A program made the position numbers and the translations under genes. The notes under the pieces are model-generated. The model was not told where the DNA came from. It was given only the letters and a program-made list of their open reading frames with translations, and ran no database searches. Positions 13,775 to 21,980 of a stretch of DNA of 24,000 bases are shown here, in pieces. Source of the DNA: Luteococcus sp. OSA5 (GTDB lineage: Bacteria; Actinomycetota; Actinomycetes; Propionibacteriales; Propionibacteriaceae). Position 1 is the stretch's first letter, and the number at the start of each line of letters is the position of its first letter. The stretch covers positions 1,463,090 through 1,487,089 of the forward strand of contig NZ_CP184360.1 in the NCBI RefSeq assembly GCF_048595755.1, in the 5' to 3' direction.

Positions 13775-14691
13775 CGCTCGCTCCTGCCGTAGTGCTGCCA
13801 GAACAGCTCGTCCAGGCTGGCGGGGGTTACGGTGAGGGTGGCGGGGGTTAGCTCGGTGAGGCGACGCACCACCTGGGTCACGCAGCCGGGCTCGACGCTC
13901 ATGGCCAGGTGCAGCCCGTCGCGGCTCAGCTCACGATCCTGCGCCCCGGGTAGCTCCAGGTCATGGGGTGGGGCTTGCTCGAAGCCCGCCTCGACGCGCA
14001 CCCGGGCCTGTGAGCGCAGCCGGTCCAAGGAATCGGTCACGACGGTGCGGCCGGCCCGGATGATGGTGATCCGGTCACACAGTCTTTCCACCTCGGCCAT
14101 GATGTGGCTGCTGAGCAGCACCGTGCGCCCCTCGTCGGCGATCTCCCTGATGGTCTGGATGAAGCGTTCCTCCATCACCGGGTCGAGCCCAGAGGTGGGT
14201 TCGTCCAACAGCAGCAATGGGGCTCGGGTGGACAGCGCCGCCACCAGCGCCACCTTCTGTCGATTCCCCTTGGAGTAGGTGGCGGCCTTGCGGCGGGGAT
14301 CCAGCTCGAAGCGCTCCACCAGTTCGGCGCGGCGCTGCGGGTCTTGACTGCCCTGCAGTCTTCCCATCAGGTCGATGCATTCTCCGCCGGACAGGCTGGG
14401 CCACAACGCAGTGTCGCCCGGGACGTAGGCCAGGTGGGCGTGCAGTTCGGGTGCCTGCCGCCACGGGTCCTGCCCGAACAGCGTGAGGCGGCCGCCGTCG
14501 GTGCTGATCTGGCCGAGCACCGCGCGGATGGTGGTGGACTTCCCCGCGCCATTGGGCCCCAGGAAGCCGTGGACCTCGCCGCGCTGCACCGTGAGGTCCA
14601 GGCCGTCGAGGGCCCGGACGGCACCGAAGGACTTGGTGACACCGTCGGCGCGAATTGGATAGTCGCTTTCAATTGAGATGCGCTGTCTCAT
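13771..14691 (-). CDS. ABC transporter ATP-binding protein (DrrA-like)
   Basis: Walker A GPNGAGKST, signature LSGGECID-type / YSKGNRQKVAL, Walker B LLLLDEPTSGLD, H-loop SSHIM. 306 aa, ATG at 14691. Confidence 0.9.
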   Translation of the reverse strand: MRQRISIESDYPIRADGVTKSFGAVRALDGLDLTVQRGEVHGFLGPNGAGKSTTIRAVLGQISTDGGRLTLFGQDPWRQAPELHAHLAYVPGDTALWPSLSGGECIDLMGRLQGSQDPQRRAELVERFELDPRRKAATYSKGNRQKVALVAALSTRAPLLLLDEPTSGLDPVMEERFIQTIREIADEGRTVLLSSHIMAEVERLCDRITIIRAGRTVVTDSLDRLRSQARVRVEAGFEQAPPHDLELPGAQDRELSRDGLHLAMSVEPGCVTQVVRRLTELTPATLTVTPASLDELFWQHYGRSER

Positions 14692-14718
14692 GGTGCAAGC
14701 GTAGGTTATTTGGGAGTC

Positions 14719-14746
14719 ACTGTCAGTTCTTGCGGGATACTGTCAG
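14719..14746. promoter_or_regulatory. Candidate TetR operator: two copies of ACTGTCAG spaced 20 bp apart in the divergent intergenic region
   Basis: gtcACTGTCAGtt (14719-14726) and ataCTGTCAGga (14739-14746). Each contains the small palindrome CTGnCAG. A TAGGTT/TAACCT -10-like hexamer sits at 14702-14708. The site lies between the ABC ATPase start (14691) and the TetR start (14777). Confidence 0.35.
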
Positions 14747-14776
14747 GAAGCATGTGAGCAGACCAGAGGAGCGGGT

Positions 14777-15358
14777 GTGGCAGGGCTGAGGGAGCGCAAG
14801 AAGGCGGCCGCGATGCGGCAGATCCAGCACCAGGCCGTGGCGTTGTTTCGTGAGCACGGTTTTGATCGGGTCACCGTGGAGCAGGTGGCGGAGGCCTCCG
14901 AGGTCTCACCGTCGACGGTCTACCGCTACTTCGGCACCAAGGAGGGCTTGGTCCTCCACGACGAGTACGACGACGTGATCCTCGAGGTGATGGAGGCGCG
15001 CTTGCGCGAAGGGGTGGCCTTCCTGCCGGCAGTGGGTGAGGCGCTCGGCGCCATCGGTCAGGGGCACTTCGGCGATGACCGGGAGGAGACGATGCTGCGC
15101 ATGCAGCTGTGGCTGGGGCACCGGGGCGTCCAGGCCGCGGCTGGGATCTACTTGACGGAGGTCACCGAGCGGGTGGCAGCCCTGCTGGAGGAGACCGGCC
15201 ATGGCAGTCGTGCCGAGGCGCGTTTCGTGGCCGCTGCAACCATCAATGGCTTCATCGCGGCCATCCGCAGCTGGCACGAGGACGGTGCGGTGCGTCCCGC
15301 CGAGGAGTACGTGCGGGAGGGGCTGGATGCCCTCGCGCGGCTTCTCCAGGCTGCCTGA
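14777..15358 (+). CDS. TetR/AcrR-family transcriptional regulator (divergent from the ABC exporter)
   Basis: GTG at 14777 with AGAGGAG 5 nt upstream. The N-terminal HTH RQIQHQAVALFREHGFDRVTVEQVAEASEVSPSTVYRYFGTKEGL is a canonical TetR_N. Confidence 0.9.
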   Translation: MAGLRERKKAAAMRQIQHQAVALFREHGFDRVTVEQVAEASEVSPSTVYRYFGTKEGLVLHDEYDDVILEVMEARLREGVAFLPAVGEALGAIGQGHFGDDREETMLRMQLWLGHRGVQAAAGIYLTEVTERVAALLEETGHGSRAEARFVAAATINGFIAAIRSWHEDGAVRPAEEYVREGLDALARLLQAA

Positions 15359-15381
15359 CCGGTGGTGCCCGGCTGGCCCCG

Positions 15382-15957
15382 TCAGGCGTTCTGCTCGTAG
15401 GCCTGCCGCAACAATCCTTCCAGCCAGCCCGGGTCGTCGCCGACGACCAGGTGGGTCCAGTGCGTGGCCTGGGCAAATCCCTTGGCGGGTACGATGCGCT
15501 CGTCGTCGGGGGCATCACGGAAACGCAGCCCGACGCGCACGGTGTTGCGCGGGCCGGGCCCCACGGCGGCAAACTGCCGCCGGTGCACGATCGGGGTGTA
15601 GGTGGCGCGTCCCTCGACGGTGGCCTCGGGGCCGACGGAGGCTGCCAGCGCCACCACCTGGTCATGGAGCGGACGCAGCGGCTGCTTCTTGCCGGCATAC
15701 ATCTGGTCTGCGAACTCGTCGGCCGTGGGCATCACCCATCCGTGGCGCCCGGCCACCTCGAAGGCGATGGCCCACTGGCTGTTCTGGGCAATGCCGTGCT
15801 CCTGCTTGAGCCAGCGCCGCACGGACAGCTGGTCCAACGGATCCAACCCACTGGCCTCCACCACCGCAACCCATTCCTCCAGGGTGCGCCCGGTGCGCTG
15901 GGCCATGGATTCGCTGACCGCGCGGGCCATGTCGTCTGGGCTTGCCATGCAGACCAT
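15382..15957 (-). CDS. DUF4287/DUF5655-like conserved hypothetical protein
   Basis: High-GC3 frame. QRTGRTLEEWVAVVEASGLD...VRRWLKQEHGI resembles the DUF4287 pattern (tGkt..e.....gl......WLk...Gl), and the C-terminal half resembles DUF5655 (recalled). Start is ATG 15957, 15948 or 15930. The Ser-rich extension to 16308 is the antisense shadow of dnaX. Confidence 0.6.
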   Translation of the reverse strand: MVCMASPDDMARAVSESMAQRTGRTLEEWVAVVEASGLDPLDQLSVRRWLKQEHGIAQNSQWAIAFEVAGRHGWVMPTADEFADQMYAGKKQPLRPLHDQVVALAASVGPEATVEGRATYTPIVHRRQFAAVGPGPRNTVRVGLRFRDAPDDERIVPAKGFAQATHWTHLVVGDDPGWLEGLLRQAYEQNA

Positions 15958-15979
15958 TCTGCCCCGCTGAAAACTGTCG

Positions 15980-18790
15980 GTGGCGTCAACTAGGCTCCAG
16001 TGCGTGGATGACGACTTCGAGGACGAGCTGCAGGACGATGCCTCCGAACCCTTCGAGCAGGACGGCCCGGGGCTGTTCGACGAGGGGCCCACGGCCGCGC
16101 CCGACGGTCCGCTGGTGACCCAGGAGCCGGACGATGGGCTCGAGGACGACCCCGAGGACGAGGTGCTGATGGGTGGCGCCGGTGATCCGACCGTGCTGGA
16201 TCCGGAGGAAGCCGACGATGCTGCCACCAGCATCGATGCCGCCCCGGTCGATCTGCAGGCTGCTGAGTCCGACGCGGATGCGCCCAGCACCCCAGGCGCG
16301 CCCACCACCGCTCCCGTGCCCAGCGCAGCCGAGGGCCCGGGCGAACTGGCCGCCCCGGCGGCTCGACACCAGCCGCGGGCCGTCGACGAGGCCCCTGCCG
16401 CGCCCCTGGCCCTGTACCGGCGCTACCGGCCCGAGACCTTCGCCGAGGTCATCGGGCAGGAGCACGTCACCGACCCGTTGCAGCGCGCCCTGCAGAACAA
16501 CAAGGTCAACCACGCCTACCTGTTCAGCGGCCCGCGTGGCTGCGGCAAGACCACGAGCGCGCGCATCCTTGCTCGTTGCCTGAACTGTGAGAAGGGGCCG
16601 ACCCCGGAGCCGTGTGGTGAGTGCCAGAGCTGCAAGGACCTGGCCCGCGGCGGCAATGGCTCCATCGACGTGATCGAGATCGACGCGGCCAGCCATGGCG
16701 GCGTCGACGATGCGCGTGACCTGCGTGAGCGAGCCTTCTTCGCCCCGGTGCACAGCCGCTACAAGATCTACATCATCGACGAGGCCCACATGGTGACCGC
16801 CCAGGGCTTCAACGCGATGCTGAAGTTGGTGGAGGAACCACCACCCCATGTGAAGTTCATCTTTGCCACCACCGAGCCCGAGAAGGTCATCGGAACGATC
16901 CGATCCCGCACCCACCATTACCCCTTCCGTCTGGTGCCGCCGAAGGTCCTGCAGGGCTACCTGGCGCAGCTGTGCCAGGCCGAGGGTGTCTCGGTCGACC
17001 AGTCGGTGCTGCCCCTGGTGGTTCGTGCCGGTGCCGGATCGGTGCGTGACTCGCTGAGCGTGCTCGACCAGTTGCTCGGCGGTGCCGCGGAGCAGGGGGT
17101 CAGCTACGAGCAGGCCTCGGCATTGCTGGGCTACACCCCTGATGCGCTGCTCGACGAGATCATGGACGCCTTTGCCGCGGGAGATTCCGCGGGGGTCTTC
17201 GCCACCATCGACAAGGTGATCGAGGTGGGCCAGGATCCCCGTCGCTTTGCCGAGGACCTGTTGCGTCGGTTGCGAGACCTGGTGATCGTCGCCGCCGTGC
17301 CGGATGCCGTGGCCAGCGGCCTGATCGACGTCTCGGGCGACCAGGCCGAGCGGTTGGAGACCCAGGCCAATGGTCTGGGGCGGGGCGAGCTGACCCGTGC
17401 CGCCGAGGTGATTGCCACCGGCCTGACCGACATGCGGGGCACCACCGCACCCCGGCTGCACCTGGAACTGATGTGTTCCCGCGTCCTGCTGCCCGGTGCC
17501 GACGTCGACGGTCGCGGCATCCACGCCCGGCTGGACCGGTTGGAGCGACGGATGGGAATGGTGGGTGGCGCTCCCGACACGGCGCCAGCCGACCAGGGGC
17601 GTTGGGAGATGCCCGAGCCGACGCCGCAAGGGCCAGTCGGCCCCCAGGCGGCCCGGGCCGCAGCCCAGGCCAGCCGTGCGCCGCAGCCCGCAGGGCCCAG
17701 CGAGCCGGCGCCCGGGCAGCGGCCAGCGCCGGCCCCGACCGGCGCCCCGGCCCCAGGCAATGCCCAGGCGCCCGACGTGCCGCCGGCTGCCGGGCAGCCT
17801 GCCCAGCAGAGGCCCGCGCCGGGTCCGGAGACGGCCGGCCAGCCCATGACCCCACAGACTCCCCAAAGCCATCAGCCGCAGCAGGCAGCGGGTCAACGTC
17901 CCGCTGCGGGGGCAGGGCAGCGCCCGGCAGGTCCGCCGCCAGGCCAGGGCCAGCGTCCTGCGGGGCCCCCGCCCGGCCAAGGCCAGCGCCCTGCGACAGC
18001 CGGGCCCCAGGCCCCCCAGCCGCAGCAGCCGTCACCCGCCCAGGGACCAGCTGCACGCGGGACCCTGTCGGTGGCCGACGTGCGTCGGTTGTGGCCCCAG
18101 GTGCTGGACGAGGTCAAGAACCGCAAGCGCTTCGCCTGGATCCTGCTGAGCCAAAACGCCCAGGTGGTCGATGTCAGCGACGGCGTCCTGGTGCTGGGCT
18201 TCACCAGCACGGGTGCGCGCGACCGTTTCGCCTCGGGCGGCACCCAGGACGTGCTGCGCGACTGCATGGTTCAGGTGATGGGCGCCGACCTGCGGATCGA
18301 ACCCATCCTGGAGGCCGGTGGGGGACGTGCGCGCACCGAGCCCAGCAACCGATCACAGCCTCGACCCGCGGCGCCGGACCATGCTCCCGGGGGTGCGCCG
18401 GCCGGACAGCCCCCGGCAGCGCAGGCTCCGTCGGGGCCGGCCCCGGCCGGTCCGGCGCCATCGGGGCCAGGCGATCGGCAGGCGGCGGCTCCTGCCGTCG
18501 CACCCCGCGCCCCCTACGACGACATGCCGCCACCCGACCCGGAGGATGCGCCTCCGCCAGACCCCCGTGACGAGCACGAGCCGCCCGCCACTTCACGCTG
18601 GACCCAGCAGGCGCGCCAGAGCATCCGCCCCACCGCGGCGGGCCCCAGCGCGCCAGAGGCCGAGGTGGACGAGTCACAGCTGGTCAGCGAGGACGACGAG
18701 TCCCTGGATGAGAGCGGCGAGTCCGCTGCCGAGCTGATCACCCGGGCGCTGGGAGGCGTCGTGATCGCAGAAGGTGAGTCGCAACTGTGA
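15980..18790 (+). CDS. dnaX: DNA polymerase III subunit gamma/tau, with an acidic N-terminal extension of about 142 aa and a long Pro/Gln/Ala-rich linker
   Basis: Conserved core starts at LALYRRYRPETFAEVIGQEH (about nt 16406). It contains GPRGCGKTTSARILARCLNC, a zinc module CGECQSCKD, YIIDEAHM and FIFATTEPEKV. An in-frame TGA at 15968-15970 limits the start to GTG 15980 or 16004. GC3 of codons 16011-16168 is about 93%, so the extension looks translated. Confidence 0.9.
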   Translation: MASTRLQCVDDDFEDELQDDASEPFEQDGPGLFDEGPTAAPDGPLVTQEPDDGLEDDPEDEVLMGGAGDPTVLDPEEADDAATSIDAAPVDLQAAESDADAPSTPGAPTTAPVPSAAEGPGELAAPAARHQPRAVDEAPAAPLALYRRYRPETFAEVIGQEHVTDPLQRALQNNKVNHAYLFSGPRGCGKTTSARILARCLNCEKGPTPEPCGECQSCKDLARGGNGSIDVIEIDAASHGGVDDARDLRERAFFAPVHSRYKIYIIDEAHMVTAQGFNAMLKLVEEPPPHVKFIFATTEPEKVIGTIRSRTHHYPFRLVPPKVLQGYLAQLCQAEGVSVDQSVLPLVVRAGAGSVRDSLSVLDQLLGGAAEQGVSYEQASALLGYTPDALLDEIMDAFAAGDSAGVFATIDKVIEVGQDPRRFAEDLLRRLRDLVIVAAVPDAVASGLIDVSGDQAERLETQANGLGRGELTRAAEVIATGLTDMRGTTAPRLHLELMCSRVLLPGADVDGRGIHARLDRLERRMGMVGGAPDTAPADQGRWEMPEPTPQGPVGPQAARAAAQASRAPQPAGPSEPAPGQRPAPAPTGAPAPGNAQAPDVPPAAGQPAQQRPAPGPETAGQPMTPQTPQSHQPQQAAGQRPAAGAGQRPAGPPPGQGQRPAGPPPGQGQRPATAGPQAPQPQQPSPAQGPAARGTLSVADVRRLWPQVLDEVKNRKRFAWILLSQNAQVVDVSDGVLVLGFTSTGARDRFASGGTQDVLRDCMVQVMGADLRIEPILEAGGGRARTEPSNRSQPRPAAPDHAPGGAPAGQPPAAQAPSGPAPAGPAPSGPGDRQAAAPAVAPRAPYDDMPPPDPEDAPPPDPRDEHEPPATSRWTQQARQSIRPTAAGPSAPEAEVDESQLVSEDDESLDESGESAAELITRALGGVVIAEGESQL
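17888..18001 (+). repeat. In-frame tandem repeats inside the dnaX linker (33-nt unit encoding GQRPAGPPPGQ)
   Basis: Units at 17915-17947 and 17948-17980 encode GQRPAGPPPGQ twice, with synonymous differences. Flanking partial copies encode (A)GQRPAAGA and GQRPATA. They are embedded in a P/Q/A-rich low-complexity region (about 17570-18060). Confidence 0.85.
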
Positions 18791-20001
18791 ACCCCAACGT
18801 GACGATCGTCTTGGCACCCGACTCCTTCAAGGAGAGCCTCACCGCCAAGCAGGTGTGCACCGCCCTGGAGGCCGGCCTGCGGCAGAGCCTGCCCGAGGCG
18901 AACATCCTCCACGTCCCGATGGCCGACGGCGGTGAGGGCACCGTGCAGGCGCTGGTGGATGCCACCGGTGGCAGCCTGCTCACCGCACCGGTCGCAGGGC
19001 CGATGGGAGGGCCGATCGAGGCAACCTTCGGGATCCTCGGCGACGGGGAGACCGCGGTGATCGAGATGGCCGAGGCGAGCGGTTTGGCCTTGGTTCCCGA
19101 GGGTCGGCGCGACCCGCGTCGGGCCACCACCCGCGGTACCGGCGAACTGGTGCTGGCCGCACTCGACGCCGGGGTGCGCAACATCGTGCTGGGCATCGGC
19201 GGCAGTGCCACCAATGACGGCGGTGCGGGCCTGGCCCAGGCGCTGGGTGCCCGCCTGCTCGACGAATCCGGCCACGAGCTGCGCCCCGGCGGAGCGGAGC
19301 TGGCCAAGCTGGCCACCATCGACGTCTCGGGCCTCGATCCGCGGCTGGCCGAGACCACCTTCCAGGTGGCCTGCGACGTGAGCAACCCACTGTGCGGCCC
19401 ACAAGGCGCCTCGGAGATCTTCGGCCCGCAGAAGGGCGCCGACCACCGCTGTGTGGCCGAACTCGACGCCGCCCTGGCGCACTATGCCCGCATCATCGAG
19501 CGTGATCTGGGCCGCGACGTGGCCACCCTGCCCGGCGCGGGCGCGGCGGGAGGCCTGGGCGCGGCCATGGTCGCCTTCTGCGACGCCACCCTGCGGCGCG
19601 GAGTCGACATCGTGCTGGAACACAGCGGTCTGGAGCAACACCTGCAGCATGCAGACCTGGTGATCACCGGCGAGGGGCGACTCGACGGGCAGACCCGCTT
19701 CGGCAAGACGCCCAAGGGCGTGGCCGATCTCGCCGGGGAGTACGAGGTGCCCGTCATTGCCCTTGCTGGAAGCCTTGGGGATGGGGCCGAGACCCTGCTC
19801 GATGCGGGCTTCAGCGCTGTCCTGCCCGTCGTTGCCGGGGTCGGCACCCTGCAGCAGGCGCTGGCCGAGGCGGCCGGGAACCTCGAGCGCACCGCACGCA
19901 ACCTGGGCGCCCTGCTGAGGATGGGGGCGGCGCTGCCCGTACCCCCGTGGCCCGTGGCAGACGCCGGTGGTGAGCAGTCCGGTGCCCAGCAGGCCACGTA
20001 G
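18787..20001 (+). CDS. glxK: Glycerate kinase
   Basis: Collinear with the recalled E. coli GlxK: IVLAPDSFKESLTA, VPMADGGEGTV, TRGTGELVLAAL, IGGSATNDGGAGLAQALGA, ACDVSNPLCGPQGASEIFGPQKGA, PGAGAAGGLGAAM, LVITGEGRLDGQT. The GTG at 18787 overlaps the dnaX stop (GTGA). Confidence 0.9.
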   Translation: MNPNVTIVLAPDSFKESLTAKQVCTALEAGLRQSLPEANILHVPMADGGEGTVQALVDATGGSLLTAPVAGPMGGPIEATFGILGDGETAVIEMAEASGLALVPEGRRDPRRATTRGTGELVLAALDAGVRNIVLGIGGSATNDGGAGLAQALGARLLDESGHELRPGGAELAKLATIDVSGLDPRLAETTFQVACDVSNPLCGPQGASEIFGPQKGADHRCVAELDAALAHYARIIERDLGRDVATLPGAGAAGGLGAAMVAFCDATLRRGVDIVLEHSGLEQHLQHADLVITGEGRLDGQTRFGKTPKGVADLAGEYEVPVIALAGSLGDGAETLLDAGFSAVLPVVAGVGTLQQALAEAAGNLERTARNLGALLRMGAALPVPPWPVADAGGEQSGAQQAT

Positions 20002-20088
20002 GGTGGTCAACGGCTCCCGGCGCGTTCCATGACCGGGATTCCCCGGTCCACCAGCAACCACCAGCAGCACCCGATGAGAGGAAACCGC

Positions 20089-20406
20089 ATGTTCCCCGAA
20101 GGCATGGACATGAACAGCCTGATGGCCCAGGCCCAGGCGATGCAGGCGCAGTTGCAGCAGGCGCAGCAGGAACTGGCCGAGTCCAGCTTCACCGGTACCG
20201 CCGGAGGAGACCTGGTGGAGGCCACCATGACCGGTGCCGGTGAGCTCACCGGGTTGGTCATCAAGCCCGAGGCGATCGACCCGGAGGATGCCGAAGGGCT
20301 CGCCGACCTGGTGCTGGCCGCCGTGCGCGACGCCAGCGCCCAGGTGAGCGCCAAGGCCGCCGCGGTGATGCCCGGCATGCCCGACATGGGCAGCCTGGGC
20401 TTCTGA
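20089..20406 (+). CDS. ybaB: YbaB/EbfC-family nucleoid-associated protein
   Basis: ATG at 20089, preceded by GAGAGGAA. NSLMAQAQAMQAQLQQAQQELAESSFTGTAGGDLVEATMTGAGELTGLVIKPEAIDPEDAEGLADLVLAAVRDA is the typical YbaB profile. Conserved position upstream of recR. Confidence 0.9.
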   Translation: MFPEGMDMNSLMAQAQAMQAQLQQAQQELAESSFTGTAGGDLVEATMTGAGELTGLVIKPEAIDPEDAEGLADLVLAAVRDASAQVSAKAAAVMPGMPDMGSLGF

Positions 20407-20423
20407 TCCTCCGCCCCGCGGGG

Positions 20424-20488
20424 CCTCGACAAGCTCGGCCGCCGTGGTTGCCGAGCTGAATCCATCACGGTCCCCGAGCTTGTCGAGG
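20424..20488. repeat. 15-bp perfect inverted repeat with an internal competing hairpin in the ybaB-recR spacer
   Basis: CCTCGACAAGCTCGG (20424-20438) and CCGAGCTTGTCGAGG (20474-20488). AGCTCGGC (20432-20439) can alternatively pair with GCCGAGCT (20450-20457). The palindrome CCCCGCGGGG (20414-20423) is adjacent. No T-tract follows. Confidence 0.8.
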
Positions 20489-20504
20489 GGCAAGAAAGGT
20501 CTCC

Positions 20505-21122
20505 ATGTACGAAGGTCCGGTCCAAGACCTCATCGACGAACTGGGCCGTCTGCCCGGCGTCGGGCCCAAGAGCGCCCAGCGCATCGCCTTCTGGATGCTC
20601 GATCAGCCGGTGGAGGACATCGAGCGCTTTGCTCGCGTCGTCGGCGAGGTGAAGGCGCGCGCCCGGTTCTGCCAGGTCTGCTTCAACGTCTCGCAGGAGG
20701 AGACCTGCCGGATCTGCCGCGACGCTCGCCGTGACCAGTCGGTCATCTGCGTGGTGGAGGAGAGCAAGGACGTGGTCGCCATCGAACGCACCCGCGAGTT
20801 CCGCGGGCTGTACCACGTGCTGGGTGGCGCCATCAGTCCGATCGACGGCAAGGGGCCGGCCGATCTGCACATCCGTGAACTGTTGAGCCGGCTGGCCGAC
20901 GGCACGGTCACCGAGATCATCCTGGCCACCGATCCCAATACCGAGGGCGAGGCGACTGCCACCTATCTCAGCCGCCTGTTGAAGGACATGGGATTGCGCA
21001 TCTCCCGGTTGGCCTCGGGGCTGCCGGTGGGCGGAGACCTGGAGTATGCCGACGAGGTGACCCTGGGGCGCGCCTTCGAAGGCCGGCGCTACGTCGACGG
21101 CTCCCCGGCCGGGAGGGCATGA
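20505..21122 (+). CDS. recR: Recombination protein RecR
   Basis: [21 protein letters not shown] (HhH), the zinc finger [18 protein letters not shown], and a Toprim region [17 protein letters not shown]...GLYHVLGG...[15 protein letters not shown] at 20505 with an AAGAAAGG SD. Confidence 0.95.
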   Translation: MYEGPVQDLIDELGRLPGVGPKSAQRIAFWMLDQPVEDIERFARVVGEVKARARFCQVCFNVSQEETCRICRDARRDQSVICVVEESKDVVAIERTREFRGLYHVLGGAISPIDGKGPADLHIRELLSRLADGTVTEIILATDPNTEGEATATYLSRLLKDMGLRISRLASGLPVGGDLEYADEVTLGRAFEGRRYVDGSPAGRA

Positions 21123-21952
21123 GCGTGTTCCGGTTGGTGGCGACCGATCTGGACGGGACCCTGCTCCAGACGGACAAGAGCATCAACGCCTGGACTCGCA
21201 GCGTCCTCGACGCGCTGCAGGACCGAGGCGTGCCAGTGGTCCCCGTCACCGCCAGGCAGCCCAAGGGATTGGCCCCCATCACCGAGGCCTGCGGACTGGC
21301 CGGCTGGGCGATCTGCGTCAACGGCGCCCTGGCCCAGCACCTGGGAACGGGCGAGGTGGCCTTCGAACACCTGGTGCCGGTGGAGGCGATGGCCGAGCTG
21401 GCCAACCGGGCCCAAGCCGAGGTGCCCGGAACCGTCTTTGCGACGGTGCGTGACCGCGGCGCGACCTTCGGGCTGCAACCGGAGTACCGGGCCATCACCG
21501 GCCCCGACGACCACCAGCCCGCCATCGCGTCCTCCCATGACATGTCGCTGGCCGAGGTGATCGCCGAACCGGCGCTGAAACTGCTGGCCCGTCACCCCAG
21601 CATCCCCGCCCTGGAACTGTCGCACCGGTTGCAGGGGCTGGGCCTCGAGGGAGTCCACATCACCACTTCGGGGGCGGACTTCGTCGAGATGGCCGCCGGG
21701 GGAGTGACCAAAGCCACTGCCTTGGCCGAACTGTGCCAGGTGTTGGGGATCGACCAGCACCAGGTGGTGGCCTTCGGCGATGCACCCAATGACGTGGAGA
21801 TGCTGCGCTGGGCCGGCCGCTCCTACGCCATGGCGGGCGCTGACGAGAACGTCGTCGCCGCCGCCACCGCGCGATGCGGCAGCAACGACGACGACGGTGT
21901 GGCGCGCCAGTTGATGGAGCTGATGCGTTCCAGCAGCTTCCTGCTGGACTGA
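21119..21952 (+). CDS. Cof-type HAD-IIB family hydrolase/phosphatase
   Basis: Motif I is [11 protein letters not shown], the C-terminal motif is [12 protein letters not shown], and a cap-domain-sized insert lies between them. ATGA overlap with the recR stop (21119-21122). Confidence 0.85.
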   Translation: MSVFRLVATDLDGTLLQTDKSINAWTRSVLDALQDRGVPVVPVTARQPKGLAPITEACGLAGWAICVNGALAQHLGTGEVAFEHLVPVEAMAELANRAQAEVPGTVFATVRDRGATFGLQPEYRAITGPDDHQPAIASSHDMSLAEVIAEPALKLLARHPSIPALELSHRLQGLGLEGVHITTSGADFVEMAAGGVTKATALAELCQVLGIDQHQVVAFGDAPNDVEMLRWAGRSYAMAGADENVVAAATARCGSNDDDGVARQLMELMRSSSFLLD

Positions 21953-21968
21953 CCTCCCGGCCGGGAGG
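21953..21968. terminator. Palindromic hairpin between convergent HAD and BCCT genes
   Basis: CCTCCCGGCCGGGAGG is a perfect 16-bp palindrome (effectively a 6-bp stem with a GGCC loop). It sits immediately after the HAD stop and 13 nt from the BCCT-fusion stop. No T-tract. Confidence 0.4.
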
Positions 21969-21980
21969 CCAGCCGTCGGG

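Noticed and set aside
15958-16308. Ser-rich N-terminal extension of the 308-aa ORF 15382..16308
   Set aside because: Poly-Ser/Gly content is the mirror image of the acidic dnaX N-terminal codons (GAC/GAG). The conserved DUF4287-like part starts at or after 15957.
15986-17980. 664-aa minus-strand ORF, plus the 238-aa and 298-aa ORFs at 17131-18056
   Set aside because: They are antisense to dnaX, which has unmistakable motifs. Their composition (G/R/P/L-rich, no motifs) is typical of open shadow frames in high-GC DNA.
15980-18790. Programmed -1 frameshift site in dnaX (gamma/tau)
   Set aside because: I found no A AAA AAG-type or other homopolymeric slippery heptamer on reading through the gene, so I make no claim.
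18514-20493. 659-aa minus-strand ORF
   Set aside because: It is antisense to glycerate kinase and ybaB, both strongly supported. It has no recognisable motifs and shadow-frame composition.
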